Positions 38,340 through 52,700 of a DNA stretch of 64,000 nucleotides are shown here, one piece after another. Source of the stretch: Geosiphon pyriformis uo1. Lineage: Eukaryota; Fungi; Glomeromycota. Location: assembly GCA_016748015.1 (NCBI GenBank), contig JAAOMT010000553.1:62001-126000 (forward strand). Direction: 5' to 3'. Under the pieces are notes generated by a model. The model saw only the letters and a program-made list of their open reading frames with translations. It searched no databases and was not told the DNA's origin. The first letter of the stretch is position 1; the number at the start of each line of letters is the position of its first letter. Position numbers and translations under genes: made by a program.

Positions 38340-41300
38340 TTTTTATTTTAACGAGTGAGGTCCAAATGTGACCTAGTGCTATACATCATACAAATGATCT
38401 AAACTAGATGCGAATTATGTGTTTTCTACACGTGACCAGCCACTCGGGCCAGTCAGGACTACACTACACACCTATATGCACATAAACTGGATCTCCAATA
38501 CCTGAAAAAAATGGACAAAACTTATGAAACCCAAAACCAACTCCAAAAGCCTTAGCCACTCCCAGCAACCTGACCACACCAGCCGAAAACACCATAGGCA
38601 AACCAGAAACTAAAGCAGGAGCGGAGCCATCACGTGGAATCAAACCATGCTTTTCCATAAACACTCAGTGTCTGGTCCGGACCAACCAAACATCATCCCG
38701 AAATGCTAGACAAAACTCATGCACAAAGCTCACAATCCTCTTAGCACCCTTCTTAGAATCTTTAAAGACCGAAACAGACTCACAAAACCATTCATTGAAA
38801 ACAAAGCCTTTACACAGAGCAACACTAACTCCAACCTCAGAAACACAAAAAGCCAAGGCCTATAAGACACATGAAGAAGAGCGAAAAAGACCAGAAAGAG
38901 CCTCCCAAGCTAAAGCATATGCACCCAACAAATGAGCATGGCCAACGGCATCCTGAGAACATGAAAAGACATGATCCGAGGTTTCAACATCACCACAAAA
39001 CAGACAGACCACACTGGGGTATCTTCTATCATATAAATGCTTGTGCACAGCAACAGGAAGCCGATGATGGAGAGCCTTCATAAAGTAAGTATGACAGCCT
39101 GCCATGCACATGCTGGTAAAACCGGATGCCAAGTGAGAATTGGGGTGCCACACCATAGAAGACTTAGACCAATTGATATCAGCATGCAAACTATTATCCA
39201 CAACACAAGAACCCACTCCAATCTCCCAACGAGCTCGATGAACTAACCAGAAAACATCATGAACAAAGTGTCTAGAATTACCAGAAACTGCTGTACCACC
39301 AGCACATAAAAAACGTTCACTGACTAAATAAGGTAGGCGCCAAGCAGAGAGAGCAGCACCTTTGGCAAGCGCATCAGCACACTCGTTGCCTGAGACACCT
39401 GAATAATCTTTCACCTTAACCCAATTTACATCCAAATTCTTTTGATGAATGACGGTGGCAATGTGACGACGCTCGATCCAACAGCAGTTCCTGAAATCCA
39501 GACAAACCAGCAAAGACTCTGATCTACATGCATCCAAAGCAGCCTGGCTATCCGAGAACAAGTCAATTGAACGAGAAAAAAGAACACACTCAAGGGCCAA
39601 AGCTATGGCTTGCAGTTCTGTCAGAGTAGAAGAAACCAAACCAGTCACCCCAACACCTAAACCCAAGTTAATGTCCTCAAAAAAGACGGCAGCACCTGCT
39701 CTCATGTCAACAGTGCCCAGACCAGAAAGAGATTTATTCGTATACACAGAAAGGCGGGCAGCATCAATGGTCGGCAAAGTGTCACGAATTACACCAAAAT
39801 CATGAGAAAGACAAATATCAGACACTGCATGACCATCCACCAAAGAAAAGCTTGAGGAGAGAGGCACAACACTACCAAGAAAGCGAACAGAAAGATTAAA
39901 CCAGAAAGGGACTGGGCCATGAGGGTCCAGCCTTTTCCAATGCTTGAAGGTCCCCCAACTGAAAACATCACCATTATGGTCATGAAGCTGTTCCACAAAA
40001 GCAATTCCATAACACCTGAGCGAAGAGATGCACTTGAAAAAACAGGATTTACCAAGAACCAAAGACATAGGAGTACTGCACTGACGACAAAAAGCACAAG
40101 CTAGAGGGCCTCCCAAAGACAAATCACACCCAGAAAAAATGCAAACCACACCCGCCAAAAAATTATCTAAGGGACTGATACCAACACGAGCCGGAAACAG
40201 CAAGGGATAACAAGGATGCCAGCTGAAAACCTGGAGGTCATGAGACCTATGAGAAAACAAACGACCCAAGACACCAGTAGAATTTGCAAAAGCAACAATA
40301 GAGGCCAATTTACTCTCAGCCTGGATCTGTTCGAAAGTTTTTAAATTGTACAAAGAGGGGTGATGAAGTGCATTACTGGGGAAATCACGTGGCAATCCAG
40401 ACTTTGACTTTAAGACCTTGTATATCAAAGCATCCCATTTACTACAAACACCAACAGAAATGAAACTGAACTGAGTCCTGTAGCTGATGATAGAGAAAAA
40501 GACTGCAGACACCAAATATGCATACTGTTTGTCCGAAATTGCCTTTCTCAAAACAAGATTCACAAAAAACCATACATCAGCCTGAGCTTTAGCCAAGCTA
40601 GGCTTCGAAAGACCCTCAGAAGACAAAAAAATACCCAAATAGCGATGAGATTCCCCTCTCTTGGCAATGGAAATAGGCGCATCACTGATAGTTAAATAAG
40701 GATCCAGCACCCGGCAATTGATGGGAATGGCCACCGTTTTGTCATTGTTTACAGAAATATCATTAAACCTAAAAAACTCACTAGCAACATCAAGGATGTG
40801 TTGTGTAGCAGTCTGGCTACTACCAACCCAAATAGTATCATTGACAAAAGTGCCGGCAGCAAGAAACAAAGACAGCCCAGCTTGAGGATCCACCTGGCCA
40901 GTTCTAGATATGAAATGAGAATTCAACCTGTAGCCATACACACTATCCTGTCTCTTGATCTCGCACAAAAGTGAATCATAGAAAATACGCCAGAGAAGAG
41001 GCGAAAAGACTTCTCCCTGATCCAGCCCATCGTGGACACAATACCTATCAGTCAAGCCAAAGTCAGTCATCACTCTGTTAATGCAACCATTGTGAATACT
41101 GCCAAAAAATCTAATAAACCTGTCACACATTTTGATCCTGACTAGACTCCTCCTAAGATGTTCCCAACCAACCGAGTTATAAGCCTTGCGCATGTCTTGT
41201 AAAACCAGCCAAAGTTCATGGTTCTTCTCCAAGGCATCCTCAACCACAGAACTGATAGCAAAAATGGGAGATTGTATCATTGTACCCTTCAAAACCAAAA

Positions 41301-43066
41301 AATTGTCCCCATGAAGAACATCAAAAGTGCTGCAAGCCAGAGAGATCCTATCTGAAAGGATTTTGGAGAGAATTTTGCAGGCTGTTTCAATTAAAGCTAT
41401 AGGATGGGTGTTCATGAGAACTCCCTTCCATTCATATGGTTTAGAAATCATCGAAACCCAAGCTTCTTTCCAAGGCCCAGGGACCGACTTGCCAACCAAA
41501 CAGAAATTCAAGAGCACCAAAAGCATATTCAAAACAGATTTGTCACAATGTTTCCATAATTCATTGGAGATACCAGAAAGACCAGCCGCTTTTTCATCAG
41601 GAAGATCCTTAACAACAGCTGACAACTCATCAAAACTAATTGAACACATGACATCAAAGAAAGCACCATCGAACACATAATCCAGAGGCCAATATTGACG
41701 AGCCCAATCCTCAGACAAGTCAGACACCATCTCACATTTTCTGGTCCATCCCTCCATAATTTTGTCCACCTTAGACTTAACCAAAACAGGCTCTAAAATC
41801 AACTCATCTTCTACAACCAAATGATCCAGGACCACCTTGCAAAAAGAACGCTCCAAGACACTCCTAATGGTGTAACTCTTGTTCAGCTCAAAACTCTCCA
41901 TTCTTCTATTAATAGCCTGCTTAATAGAGGATTCCTCAGTGCACTTGGATTCCACTAATTTGAAGGAGTGGTATGATTTTCTTGCTTTGGCCAGTGCAGA
42001 ATGAATAAGATCAAAATTAGAACCTAAAAGAAACAGAGACTTAACTACCGATGCACCAGGAGAGTCGAGTCTGTGCCACACCTCCAACAAAGAAGCAAAA
42101 CCATCACTAGAAGCCAAACGCGATGCCTTGACCAACTTAAAAACCAGCAGCTCCAGCTTGTGAAACCTAGAAGAAGTCTTAGTAAACACGCTATCAAAAC
42201 CTTTAAACCATTTTTTCTTAAATGTACCACCCGCTGAAAGAACCATAGTCTTGCGAACAATGTTCCACATAGTGTCCACATCTGAAAATCTTACTGCCAC
42301 ACCAAAAGCATCCAAGAACAAAGAGACATTAGCAGCTAAGGTGTCCTTGAACTCCAACTACTTAGCTTTACTGGCACTTTTGACGTCAAACTTCCAACAG
42401 TCTTTATTCACTTGCTTGCGAAGAAAATTCAAACACGTATCCAAGAGCCCGCCCAAACCCAAATCCACTAAAACAGCTTGATGGTCCGTGTCAAAATACT
42501 CACTGACATTCAAAACTTCACGACGCACTATCGCATTGACAAGACTCGAGGAGACAAACACGTAATCAATTGTTTTCTTAACACCCTTAAAATTTTCTCA
42601 AGTGGGCATCTTTGCAGCCGGGCTACCAACTAAAGAATTGACCAGACCCAAATCAAAACATCTTTTGAAACTTGCACTTTTATGAGAGCCATCTTCATTA
42701 AAATCGCCACCGAGAATGATGAAAGAAGATTCGTTGACAGCCTTTACAATGAGAGAATTGATTTCACCAGCCTGAGAGAACCAAACCACCGAAGAAGCAC
42801 TAGCATAAAGCCCCAAAATTGACACAGAAAGTTTACCCTTGAAAAGTAATTTAATGGAAAGGAGCCGACCAGGCACCTCAGAAATCTTGCACACATGACA
42901 AGCCAAAGAAACGTCTATGATAACAGCAACACCCGCACCCAAGTGACCAGAGTCCAAACCAGAAGTGAACACTCGGACACCATCAAACTTGTCTGCAATC
43001 CACGGACAAACCCTACTTCTCAATTTTGTTTCAGTAACAATAAAGACCAAATTGTTCATTTCCTGA
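38340..43066 (-). mobile_element. 5'-truncated non-LTR retrotransposon (LINE) ORF2: APE endonuclease-RT-RNase H-CCHC; least decayed copy
   Basis: APE motifs VTETKL, ILGGDFNE, IDYVF and TDH; RT motifs LQDMRKAYNSV, GLDQGEVFSPLLW and FVND (D>N); RNase H motifs ELQAI, SDSQAAL and GNECADALA; CLFCG..ETSDHVFSC. (TAAAA)n-like 3' tail near 38325-38350. Confidence 0.95.
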
Positions 43067-43399
43067 TTTTTTTAAAACTTAAAACCATTAGCATACATTT
43101 TTAAAGCACTAAATAACAATTAATATTTATTATTTATATTAAAAATTAATATTAAATTAAAACTAAGTTTTATTATAGTAAGTTTTTTAAAAAAATTGAA
43201 TTTTTTAAATAAAATAAATAAATTTATAAACATATTATATTACAACTTAAATTTTTAATAAATTATATGTTTTTTATTATTATTTTTATTATTTTTATTA
43301 TTATAAAACATTAAAATTAATTATATAATTATTAATTAATTAAAAAAATATATTAAATATTTAAAATATAAATTTTTTTTTATATTTTTATAATTACTT

Positions 43400-44190
43400 T
43401 TTTTTTAAAATTTATTAACAAGTACAATTTAATTATTATTTAATATATATAAACAAATTAATATTTATAATTAAATATAATTTATATATTTATTATATAT
43501 AATCAGTTATTTAAGTTAGTTAAAACTATATTATATATTTATATTTATACAAATATTATTATTAAGACTAAAAAAACAGATACTTATTATATAAATTAAA
43601 ATTAACTGTAAAAACTTTAATAATATTAGATATATAAATCATTTTACTAGATAAACTATTAGTTAAATTATATAAATTATAAAAAACAAATATATTATTA
43701 TTAATAAAATCATTTTTTTTATTATAATTTTATATTTAAATTTATATAATTACATATTTTTTCTATAATTTACTATTAAATAACATGTAAAAAAACCAAA
43801 TATAAGCAAATTTACTTAATAAAATATTTAAATAAACAAAAAATATAAGCAAATAAGCTTAATATTTTTGAATATCAATATTATTTTAACAAACCAAATA
43901 TTAAAAACAAAACTTTTATATATAATAATATACAAAATATTATTTAAAACACCAAAAGTAAAAGATTATAAAATTAAAGATAATAAAAATAAAACATTAG
44001 TAAATAATACTCAAAATTCAAACAAATTTTTTAATAACTTTAAACAAATAACAAAATTTGTTTACATTAATTTTTTTACAATAAAAACAAAAAATCCCAA
44101 AGTATTATTTATTATTTAAATATTTTTAAACAGTATTACTTGTAAAATAAAACAAAAAATTAAAAATTAAAAAAATATAGTAAAAATAAC
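43400..44190 (-). mobile_element. Extremely AT-eroded 3' end of another LINE copy
   Basis: The reverse complement of about 43450-43570 resembles the LINE 3' UTR at 33200-33290 and 59130-59210. Almost no G/C remains. Boundaries are approximate. Confidence 0.5.
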
Positions 44191-44756
44191 TAGTAGTAAA
44201 ATATAAGATTATTAGAACATATAATATTAAAAATTTTAAAAATACTAATAAAAATTTTAGAAATTTCAAAAATACCAAAAATTCTAAAAATACTTACAAA
44301 AATATCAAAATTTCTAGGAATATCAAAATTTTTAACAATAATTTAGAAATTTTATATTATGAAAATTTATGTATATATAACAAAAATATTAAAAACAGAA
44401 AAGACAAATAAATTTAATTAAATAATTAAAACCAATTTAATTTTATTTTTATAAATATTTTTTATAATTAAAACAAACTAATACTTAAAATTTATAATTA
44501 TTTTTAAATAAAATAATTAAATTATATTAAAATCTAATTGGTTTTTTATTAATATTATAATAATATTAATAATATTAAAACAATAATTATAAAAACTTTT
44601 TTTTTCTACATCCTAAATTTTTTAAAGAGTATATTTTTAAAAAGAAAGTTTTTTATTTTTTTTTGTTATTTCTTTGTAAATATTTTTCAAGCAAATAATT
44701 TTTTGTAATAAACTTAGTAACTATTTCAGATAATATTATGTCTAAAAAGAAAGCAT

Positions 44757-45690
44757 TGTTACTGAAAGTTTTTGGTTTCTTTTCTTGAATGTTGTTAATG
44801 TTTGTTTGCTATTAATTCACATTTTCTGAAAGTTAATAGACTTCCAATAACTGAATTTATATTTAAATTATCTCCTATAATTTGAACTGCTAAATTTATA
44901 AGTAAAATAACCAATTCCATACCAGTTACTTTGTAGTAAAAGTCAACTCTTTCTCAAGAATTGCTTATCTAAAAACTCACTAAAATATGTAGTTATTTTG
45001 CTGTAAAAGTCAACTCTTCTATAGGAATTTTGTCTGTAAACTACCCTAATAATTATTATAATAAAAATAAGAAATATAAAAAAAATATAAAAGAAATAAA
45101 ATTTTGTCAAGGAAATTGTTTTCTGTTCAGATCTGGAGTTACTAACGAATTATTGAAATTGGTAGCTAATTAATTTCAAAATATTAGTTGAGTTTTGGAA
45201 GTTTTTAAGTATAAATAGTTAAAAAATTTGGTTTTCAAGTATTTTGATGTTTTTATTACTTTTTATAAAGTTAATTAATTCGAAGTAAGATAATTGTGAA
45301 TAAGATATATTTTTTCGAAAAGAAAAGCTCTTTTTTTATACAACTTGTTATAGTACTAGTCTATAAATTTGAACTTTTTTTTTTGCTATAATTTTGATAA
45401 ACTAAATATATATTTCAATAAACTATTAACTATTTCAGTGAATTATTTATTATTTCAGCAAATTTTTACAAATTTTGGTGAATTTTTAAGTATTATTTAA
45501 TTCAGAATATTGTGCAATTTGATTATTTTAATTTCTATTGTATAAATCAGATTATTAATTAAATAGTAATATTTGATAATTTGATTAAATTATAAGTAAT
45601 AATTTAAATTAATATTAATATATGCTAATTAATAATAAGAATTATAAAGGTAATTTTAATTAGTTAATAGTTAAAATTTTATTGGTAACA
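44757..45690 (-). repeat. Solo LTR of family A (934 bp) in LINE ORF1
   Basis: Homologue of the family A LTR. TSD GCAT/GTAT. Confidence 0.92.
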
Positions 45691-48558
45691 GTATTTAAGA
45701 GAATTTTGTATGATTTTGTTAAAGGTTTTTTTCCCAAAAAAAAAATTTTATTGATAATATTAAGCATTTTAATAATAAAAAATATATTTTTTTAGTCAAA
45801 TCTGGTGTTGATAATAATATATATTCGAATATGAACAGTAAGTCTAATAATAGTAAAAATAATAGTGTTTTAGTTGATATTGAAGATGACTTCTTTTTTG
45901 TTTTAGCAGTGAATATTTTTAAAGCTAAAAAAATGAATACTGGTCTGGTCTGTGGCTCTCCTATTGGTTTAATTAATTATAGCATAAATAAAAATAAAAA
46001 CTTTTTCCTTTCTTTCTTAATCTTTCTTTTGAAAAAAAATGAATTGATTTTAAAATAGTAAAGACTTAATTAGAAGTAGCTGTTAAAAAATTTTTGCTTT
46101 AGACATTAATTGAAAGAAGTTAGTAATAGCAAAAACTCTGGTAATTAGAAAATTTTTTTCAATAATCAATGATTTTAAAGGGCTATTATCTTTTCAAAAT
46201 TTGAAAAAATTATCTAATTAATGTTTACATCTAAAAAAAATATAAAGAAGACTGTATTATTGGCTGAAAATAAGAAAAATATCATAAATAATAATGTTAA
46301 AAAACAAAAAATGTGCTTAGATCAGACTGTGATAATTAAAGAAATTTTTATAAATACACCAAAAAAAATAATTATTGATACAATATCTGAGTTTGGACAA
46401 ATTAAGTTAATTTGATTGCAATTAGTTAGGCTGTGGCAGAAAACTATAGTGAAGTTTGCCAAATTGGAGCAAACAAATTAGTTGACAGAAAAATGGTTGT
46501 TTTTAATTAAAAAAAATTCAATATGTATAGTCAAGACTGTAAAAGATTGTAAGATTTGAATATTAAGGGATTGTGTTAGAATGCTTTTGTTTATTCTGTT
46601 AGTAAAAATAACAGTTTATAATTTTGGTATTTTTTTAAAAAAAAGAAAAATTTGTATTATCAATTGTTTACTTGAAACTGTCAATAAGGTTTACTATACT
46701 GTAATTGGCTTTAAATCAAAGAAAAAACTTGAATTTGTCTTTTATATAAAGCCAATTTTTGGTAGTATAAAACTTATTTGGGCTAGAATAAATTTGGTTT
46801 GGTGTAAAAAGTGTAGGAGATTTGGTCATTTTGCTTTAAAGTACAATACACTAAATGCATCTACTCCAAAGCTCTTGAAAATATTTAAAAGACCTATTTC
46901 AAATACAAATTGTTTTTAATTGGCCAAGTTATATGTAAAAAAAAGTGTTTTTATCTTCCATTTTATTGTCTTTGATAGCAAATTATAAGCACAAATAGTC
47001 TTATTTGCTTTTATTTTTAATGATGATGGCTTTGGTTCTGGTTTTAAGTTGTCTTCTTATGGTATTTTTTATAAAAAAAGAGGTTTTTTGGCTAATTAGA
47101 ACAATTTTTTAATTAATACCTATTTAGTTTCTTTGGAATACTTCTTAGAGCTTTTGGCTAATCAGATTTCTGGTATTATATAACAATTAAGCAATATAAT
47201 ACTAGTAACTTTAATGCTCAATTCTTAATTTTTGCTTTTAGTAGTTTTTGTGTTAGCATTGTTAAAGTTAGATACAGACATAGTTTTGAATGACTCTTAG
47301 TTATCTTTTGTTTTTTTTTCTTAGACAATGAAAAACAAGGTTTTGAATTTAGATTTAAGTAGTTTGAAGGTTTTTATTACTAAGATAGGTGGATTAAAAT
47401 CAAAATTAGTAGCTTTTAAAGTTTTTGTTGGCTTAATTTTGAAGAAGTTAGATTAGTTATATGCAAATTCAGATTTTTTGGTATATTTTTTATCTTAATA
47501 GATAAGTTTATCTGAAAATTAGCTACATGTAATATTAAGAGTATGAAAATTTGGTAAAACAAAAGAACATTGTTTATTGGTATTTGAAATCTAAAAATAT
47601 GATTTTTATTTATATTAAGATTAAGTTGAGGTTTAATATTAGGTTATAGATTGAAAATAAGTTTAATAGTATTTGAATTTTTATATTAAGTATTTAAAAA
47701 AGTTTTTTTGGTGCTAAAATAACTGTTGTTATAAACTATTCTTTGATTTGACATGTGTCAAAGGTTAAAAAAGTTTCTAACAAAGTCATTTTAGTTTGGT
47801 TGTTGTTTAAAGACAAATTTTCAGTTATAGTTCTAAGTTTATATGCTAATGTATCAACCAGAATGTGATTTAATTAGGCTTTTAATGTTAATTTAGTTAT
47901 TTTTAATGTAATCAATTCTAGCTTCTTTGTAATTCTGGATGGTAATTTCAATAAGAATGGTTCTAAAAAGTGTACAAGTTTTAAGAAATGTTCAAATATA
48001 AGTTTAATTAACTTATTAAATGGATATTTTTTGGTTAAGTTAACTACTTAAAACAATTTCAGATAAGTAAAAAAGATTATTGACTATATTTTTATAAGTA
48101 AAAGTCTGTTTTCAGCAATTATTGAATATAAGATTAGATCTGTATTTGAGTTCTTTAATACTGATCATAAGACAATTATAGTTTTAGTTAGATTAAAAAG
48201 TCTATTAAATGTTTATTTAAACAATGTTTATAAGTAAGCTAATAAAGATTAGTAAAAGTTTTAAATTAAGGATACAAATAAGGTTAAATAGATGCATTTT
48301 AAAGATTGTTCTTCTGTTAAATTGTTGACAGCACTAAGTAATTTTGTAAATACAAAGAATAAAAAAAATCTGTATAAAATATGAAAAATGTTAAAAAATG
48401 TTGTAATTAACTTGACTGATAAGGTGTTTATTAAACATTGGTTCTATAATTTTGATTGTTCAAAAAACAAACAATCTTTGAAGTTTTTCAAACTAAAATT
48501 ATTAATTGGTAAGATAGTAAAAAATTTGAATTCAAGTAGAGTGTCTGATTTTAAATAG

Positions 48559-49400
48559 TATTACTCATAAAATATAGAAATTATATATTAGTACATAAAT
48601 TAGCCAATTAGAATAGATATAGTAAAAGTAAAATTCCAGAATTTCTTTTAGAGAAATTGCAGGATTTTAGAATTACAGAATTTCTATATGAAGAATTACA
48701 AAATTTTAAGAATTTCTGAATTCTTGGCTAGAAAATTGAAGAATTTAAGGAATCTTGTATAATAAAATTTATGTATATATAGTAAGAGTATTAAAAGCAA
48801 AAAAAGCAATTCTAGAAAAATTCAATAGAGTTTTATTAATTTAGAACAATACCCTTTCTTCAAAAGATAGTTTTTTATGACTTAAAGTAAAATCGTTCCC
48901 ATATTAATAAAATTATTCATTATTCTCAAATCCATATTATTATCCACTACTTAACCTGCTGACACAATAGCTCTTGATCACAGCTATTAACAAGACACTT
49001 ATTTCTTATTTTATTTTATTTTATTTTTTTATTTTTTTATTTTTTTTTATTTTTTTTTATTTTATTTTCTTTTGTTGTTCACTAAATTGATTAAAAAGAT
49101 TAAGCACTGAGTTATTGATGTCAAAAATTGTCTGATAAAAAACCTTTGCAAAAAAGTAAATACTTAAAATTAAGGATTATTTACCAGAGAATTGTTGGCC
49201 ACCAAGCCAAGAAAAAAATTGATAAAATTATGATTTCAGAAGGCTACTAAAACAAGTATTGAATCTCTGTCCATTATACAAAGAACTTAACCAAAATCTT
49301 TAGATCACAAAAACCTTCAGATACCAACACCATTATATCAATTAAGTACCAAGTTATAGGTTTGTTATTTGTTTCAGACTCCAAATAATTATCTGTAACA
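48559..49400 (+). repeat. Solo LTR of family B (842 bp) in LINE ORF2
   Basis: TATTACTC...TGTAACA termini. TSD ATAG/ATGG. Confidence 0.9.
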
Positions 49401-49708
49401 ATGGCTTGTTAAAGTCTGGTTAATCATTAATAATACTAAGACTTTTAAAGTTATTGTTATGTTCCATAATAGTATAGAACCAATAAAAATTATTGAATAT
49501 TTGTCAAAAATTAAGAAGAGATATTAAAAATCAAAATACTATAAATTAGAAGTAGTCAAAGATGCATTTATCAAAAATGTGATTAAAAAGCAAATAGAAA
49601 ATTTTAGTTTGGATAAAAAAAACATGATAAAAAGTGTTTTAAAATAATTTTTTTGCAAGATTGTTCTGAATCATTTAGTAGTTAAAGAAAAGTTGATTTT
49701 GGAACTAG

Positions 49709-52700
49709 TATTATAGATAATTATTTAGAGTATTAGAACAAATAACAAACTTGTAACTTAGTGCTTAATAGCTGAAAATATTGGTAATTTTTGAAGGTTT
49801 TAGAATCTGAAAATTTTGGTTAAGTTTTTTATATAATAAACAGAGATTTAATTAATGGTTTTTTCTGTGAATTTTTTTTTAGCATAATAGCCAGTTTATT
49901 TTGGCAGTTATGCTCTTCTAATAAATTATTCTTAAATTTCTACTCTTGTTCCTAAGTTTTTTATTAAACTATTTTTGACATCAAATACTCAATGCTTAAT
50001 TTTTTTAATTAATTAGTAAACAACAAAAAAATAAAACAAAAAAAAACAAAAAATTAGCATCCTATTAATAATCATAATTAAAAGCTATTGGTTTAGTATA
50101 ATTAAGTATTAAATTTTATTAATATAGAGTATTAATAGTATAGAATAGATTAATATTTCTTTAATCAAATAATGATAATATAAATTTGAATGATAATAGA
50201 TGTTTTATTGATATAAGTATAATTTTATTTTAAGTTATAAAAAACTATTTTTTGAAAAAAGAAGTATTGTTGTTTTGAGTTAATTTAAATTTTATTAAAT
50301 ACTTTTTCTGCTTTTAACATTTTCACTATATATTCATAATTTATGTTATATAAGATTCTTTAAATTTTTTAATTCCTTTAAAAAAAATCTTGGAATTCTG
50401 GAATTCTGGAATTTTTCTTTTTATTATGTTTATTTTTGATTGGTTATTTTACCTATTATTATAATTTCTAATTTTTATAAGTAATATTATTCTTTCTTTT
50501 TAATATTAAGCTCTATTGAAATCTCTTAAATTTCTTAAATCTATATTGATATATAAGTAAGATTCTAATCTGATGGCAGTTTTTCTGGAATATCTAAAAT
50601 TAAATTTTGTATTAGTATTATATACATGTTTTGACATAATATCTTTATTATTATTACTGAACCATTTAAGTTTCTGCTTCTTTAAAAGATTTGAGAGCAT
50701 GATATATTGTTTAAGATTGTAATTGGAGTTTAAATTATTATTATTATTATTGTCATAGTGAATAGTATTAGAAATGGTGTTGTTATTATTATTACAGTCT
50801 AAATTGTAATTGAATTTTAATTTTGATTCCAAAACATACTTATTGATTGGTTTTTTTTCTTCAAAAAATGAATAGATCATGTATAATAACAAATTTTAAA
50901 TAAGATCATAATTATCACAATATTCAAAGTTACTGAAAATTAGGCAATATTTACAAAGTCTAATATTTAAATGTTCTAAACACTGCTCTTGTTTTTTTTA
51001 AGTAGGTGCTAGATTTTAATAATAAAGTGGTTTTTTCTTTAGTCTTAATGAATATAAAACATGCCAACTATTATTTGTTTCTTTTGAAAAGATAATAGTT
51101 TAAGATTTGTTCTCTTTTTTTTTTCTTGTTATTCCAGAATAGAATTGATAATAGCTTATTGTGGTTGTTATTAATTTATAAAACTTGATAAACTTCTCAG
51201 ATAGGTTTGTTTATTTTTTTAAATTCGATTAGTAATGGTGTTTGAATTGGTTTAAAGTGTTTGCAAGTAGCTGGTACTCAAGTATGCTGATTATTTTGAC
51301 TGAGCTGTAGCTTTTGTATGGTCCAGTTAAGTACAGGATTGGTTTTAAACAGCCAGTTATTACCAATAAGAGCTTAATATTGTGTGGCTTCTATGACTAG
51401 AACTTTGATTAATACAATGATATCATTGACTTCAAAAAAAAGGCATCAATTTTGCCAATAGAAGTCTTTATTGTTTCATTGGCTATAATGATTTTAGTGT
51501 TGGCAGTTTGATTAACTTAGTGACTTAATTGGTCTATAAGTTGTTGTGTGATAATATTGTCTGCTAAACTACTATCAAGAATTAGTTTAATAGAATGGCC
51601 ATTAACTTTGGCATTAATATACATAGCAGTAATTGGTTTAGTGTTAAGAACAGCTTTACTAAAAAGAAACATTGTTAAGAATCTTTCTAATTTGAAAGAG
51701 AAGATGACTGTAAGTAACTTGTTTTCAATAATTGTTATTGGTAGAATATTATTGGAAAGTTGTTGTTTTGGCTGTTTTAAATTGTTAGATTGAATGTTTT
51801 CTAAGGTAATTAAGAGACTTAAATAGTTCTAAAAATTTGGGTTTTGGGTGTACTCACTTTTCAAATTTCTTGGACATAATTTTGATATCTAATTTTAAGA
51901 ACTGAAAATTGGTTGGTGCATAACCATTGCCAATCTTCAGTTTTGTTGTACATGAATAATTCTTGGTCTTTGGCTTTCAATTAGTATTAACACAGTATTT
52001 TATAGTGGTGCTTGAATTTATTGGGGTTGATAAATGATTTGTGGTTGTGGCTAATATATTATTAATGCTAAAGTCTAATATACTGGAAGTAGATATATTG
52101 GTTGTTATATCATTAGAGTGTAATGAGATTGATATTAATATTGTTCCTAATTCAAGATATAATTTGGAATTTGAGATCTACAATTGGGTTTTAATATTAA
52201 CTTCCCAATTATTAGTTGTTAAATCTAAAATAACAATCTGCTTTTAGATAGCTTTGTTTATTACAATAATAGCAATTACACATTTGTTGTTGTCATAATT
52301 GATTGGCTGATAATAATAACAGATGTAATTAATTTTGGAAATAATTAAAGTTTTCTGAATTATTACAACATTGAGAAGATTAATAAATTGCTTAATTATT
52401 AGCTAAGTATTTCTTGATTTTCTGATTGATAGTTTTGCTAAATTGCTTCAATTTGATATCTAATTCAGATGATCTATTCATCACTAAATTTATGGCTTAA
52501 ACATAATTGGCTTTAAAATTTGCTAATTTAAAATTTCTGGTGTGAGTGACTGCATTTTAGAAAGTATTTGAGTACATTAGACATACTTGTTGTAGTAAAC
52601 CACTACATAATTCACAAATAAACTGGTTTAAAATCTGTGTTGCTATAAAATAGTTAGCTTTAATTGCCTAGATTTGGTGCATATTCTTGTAAAAGCATTT

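Noticed and set aside
44200-44420. Possible additional family B LTR fragment
   Set aside because: It resembles the U3 repeat/TATA region but is too degraded to define termini or a TSD.
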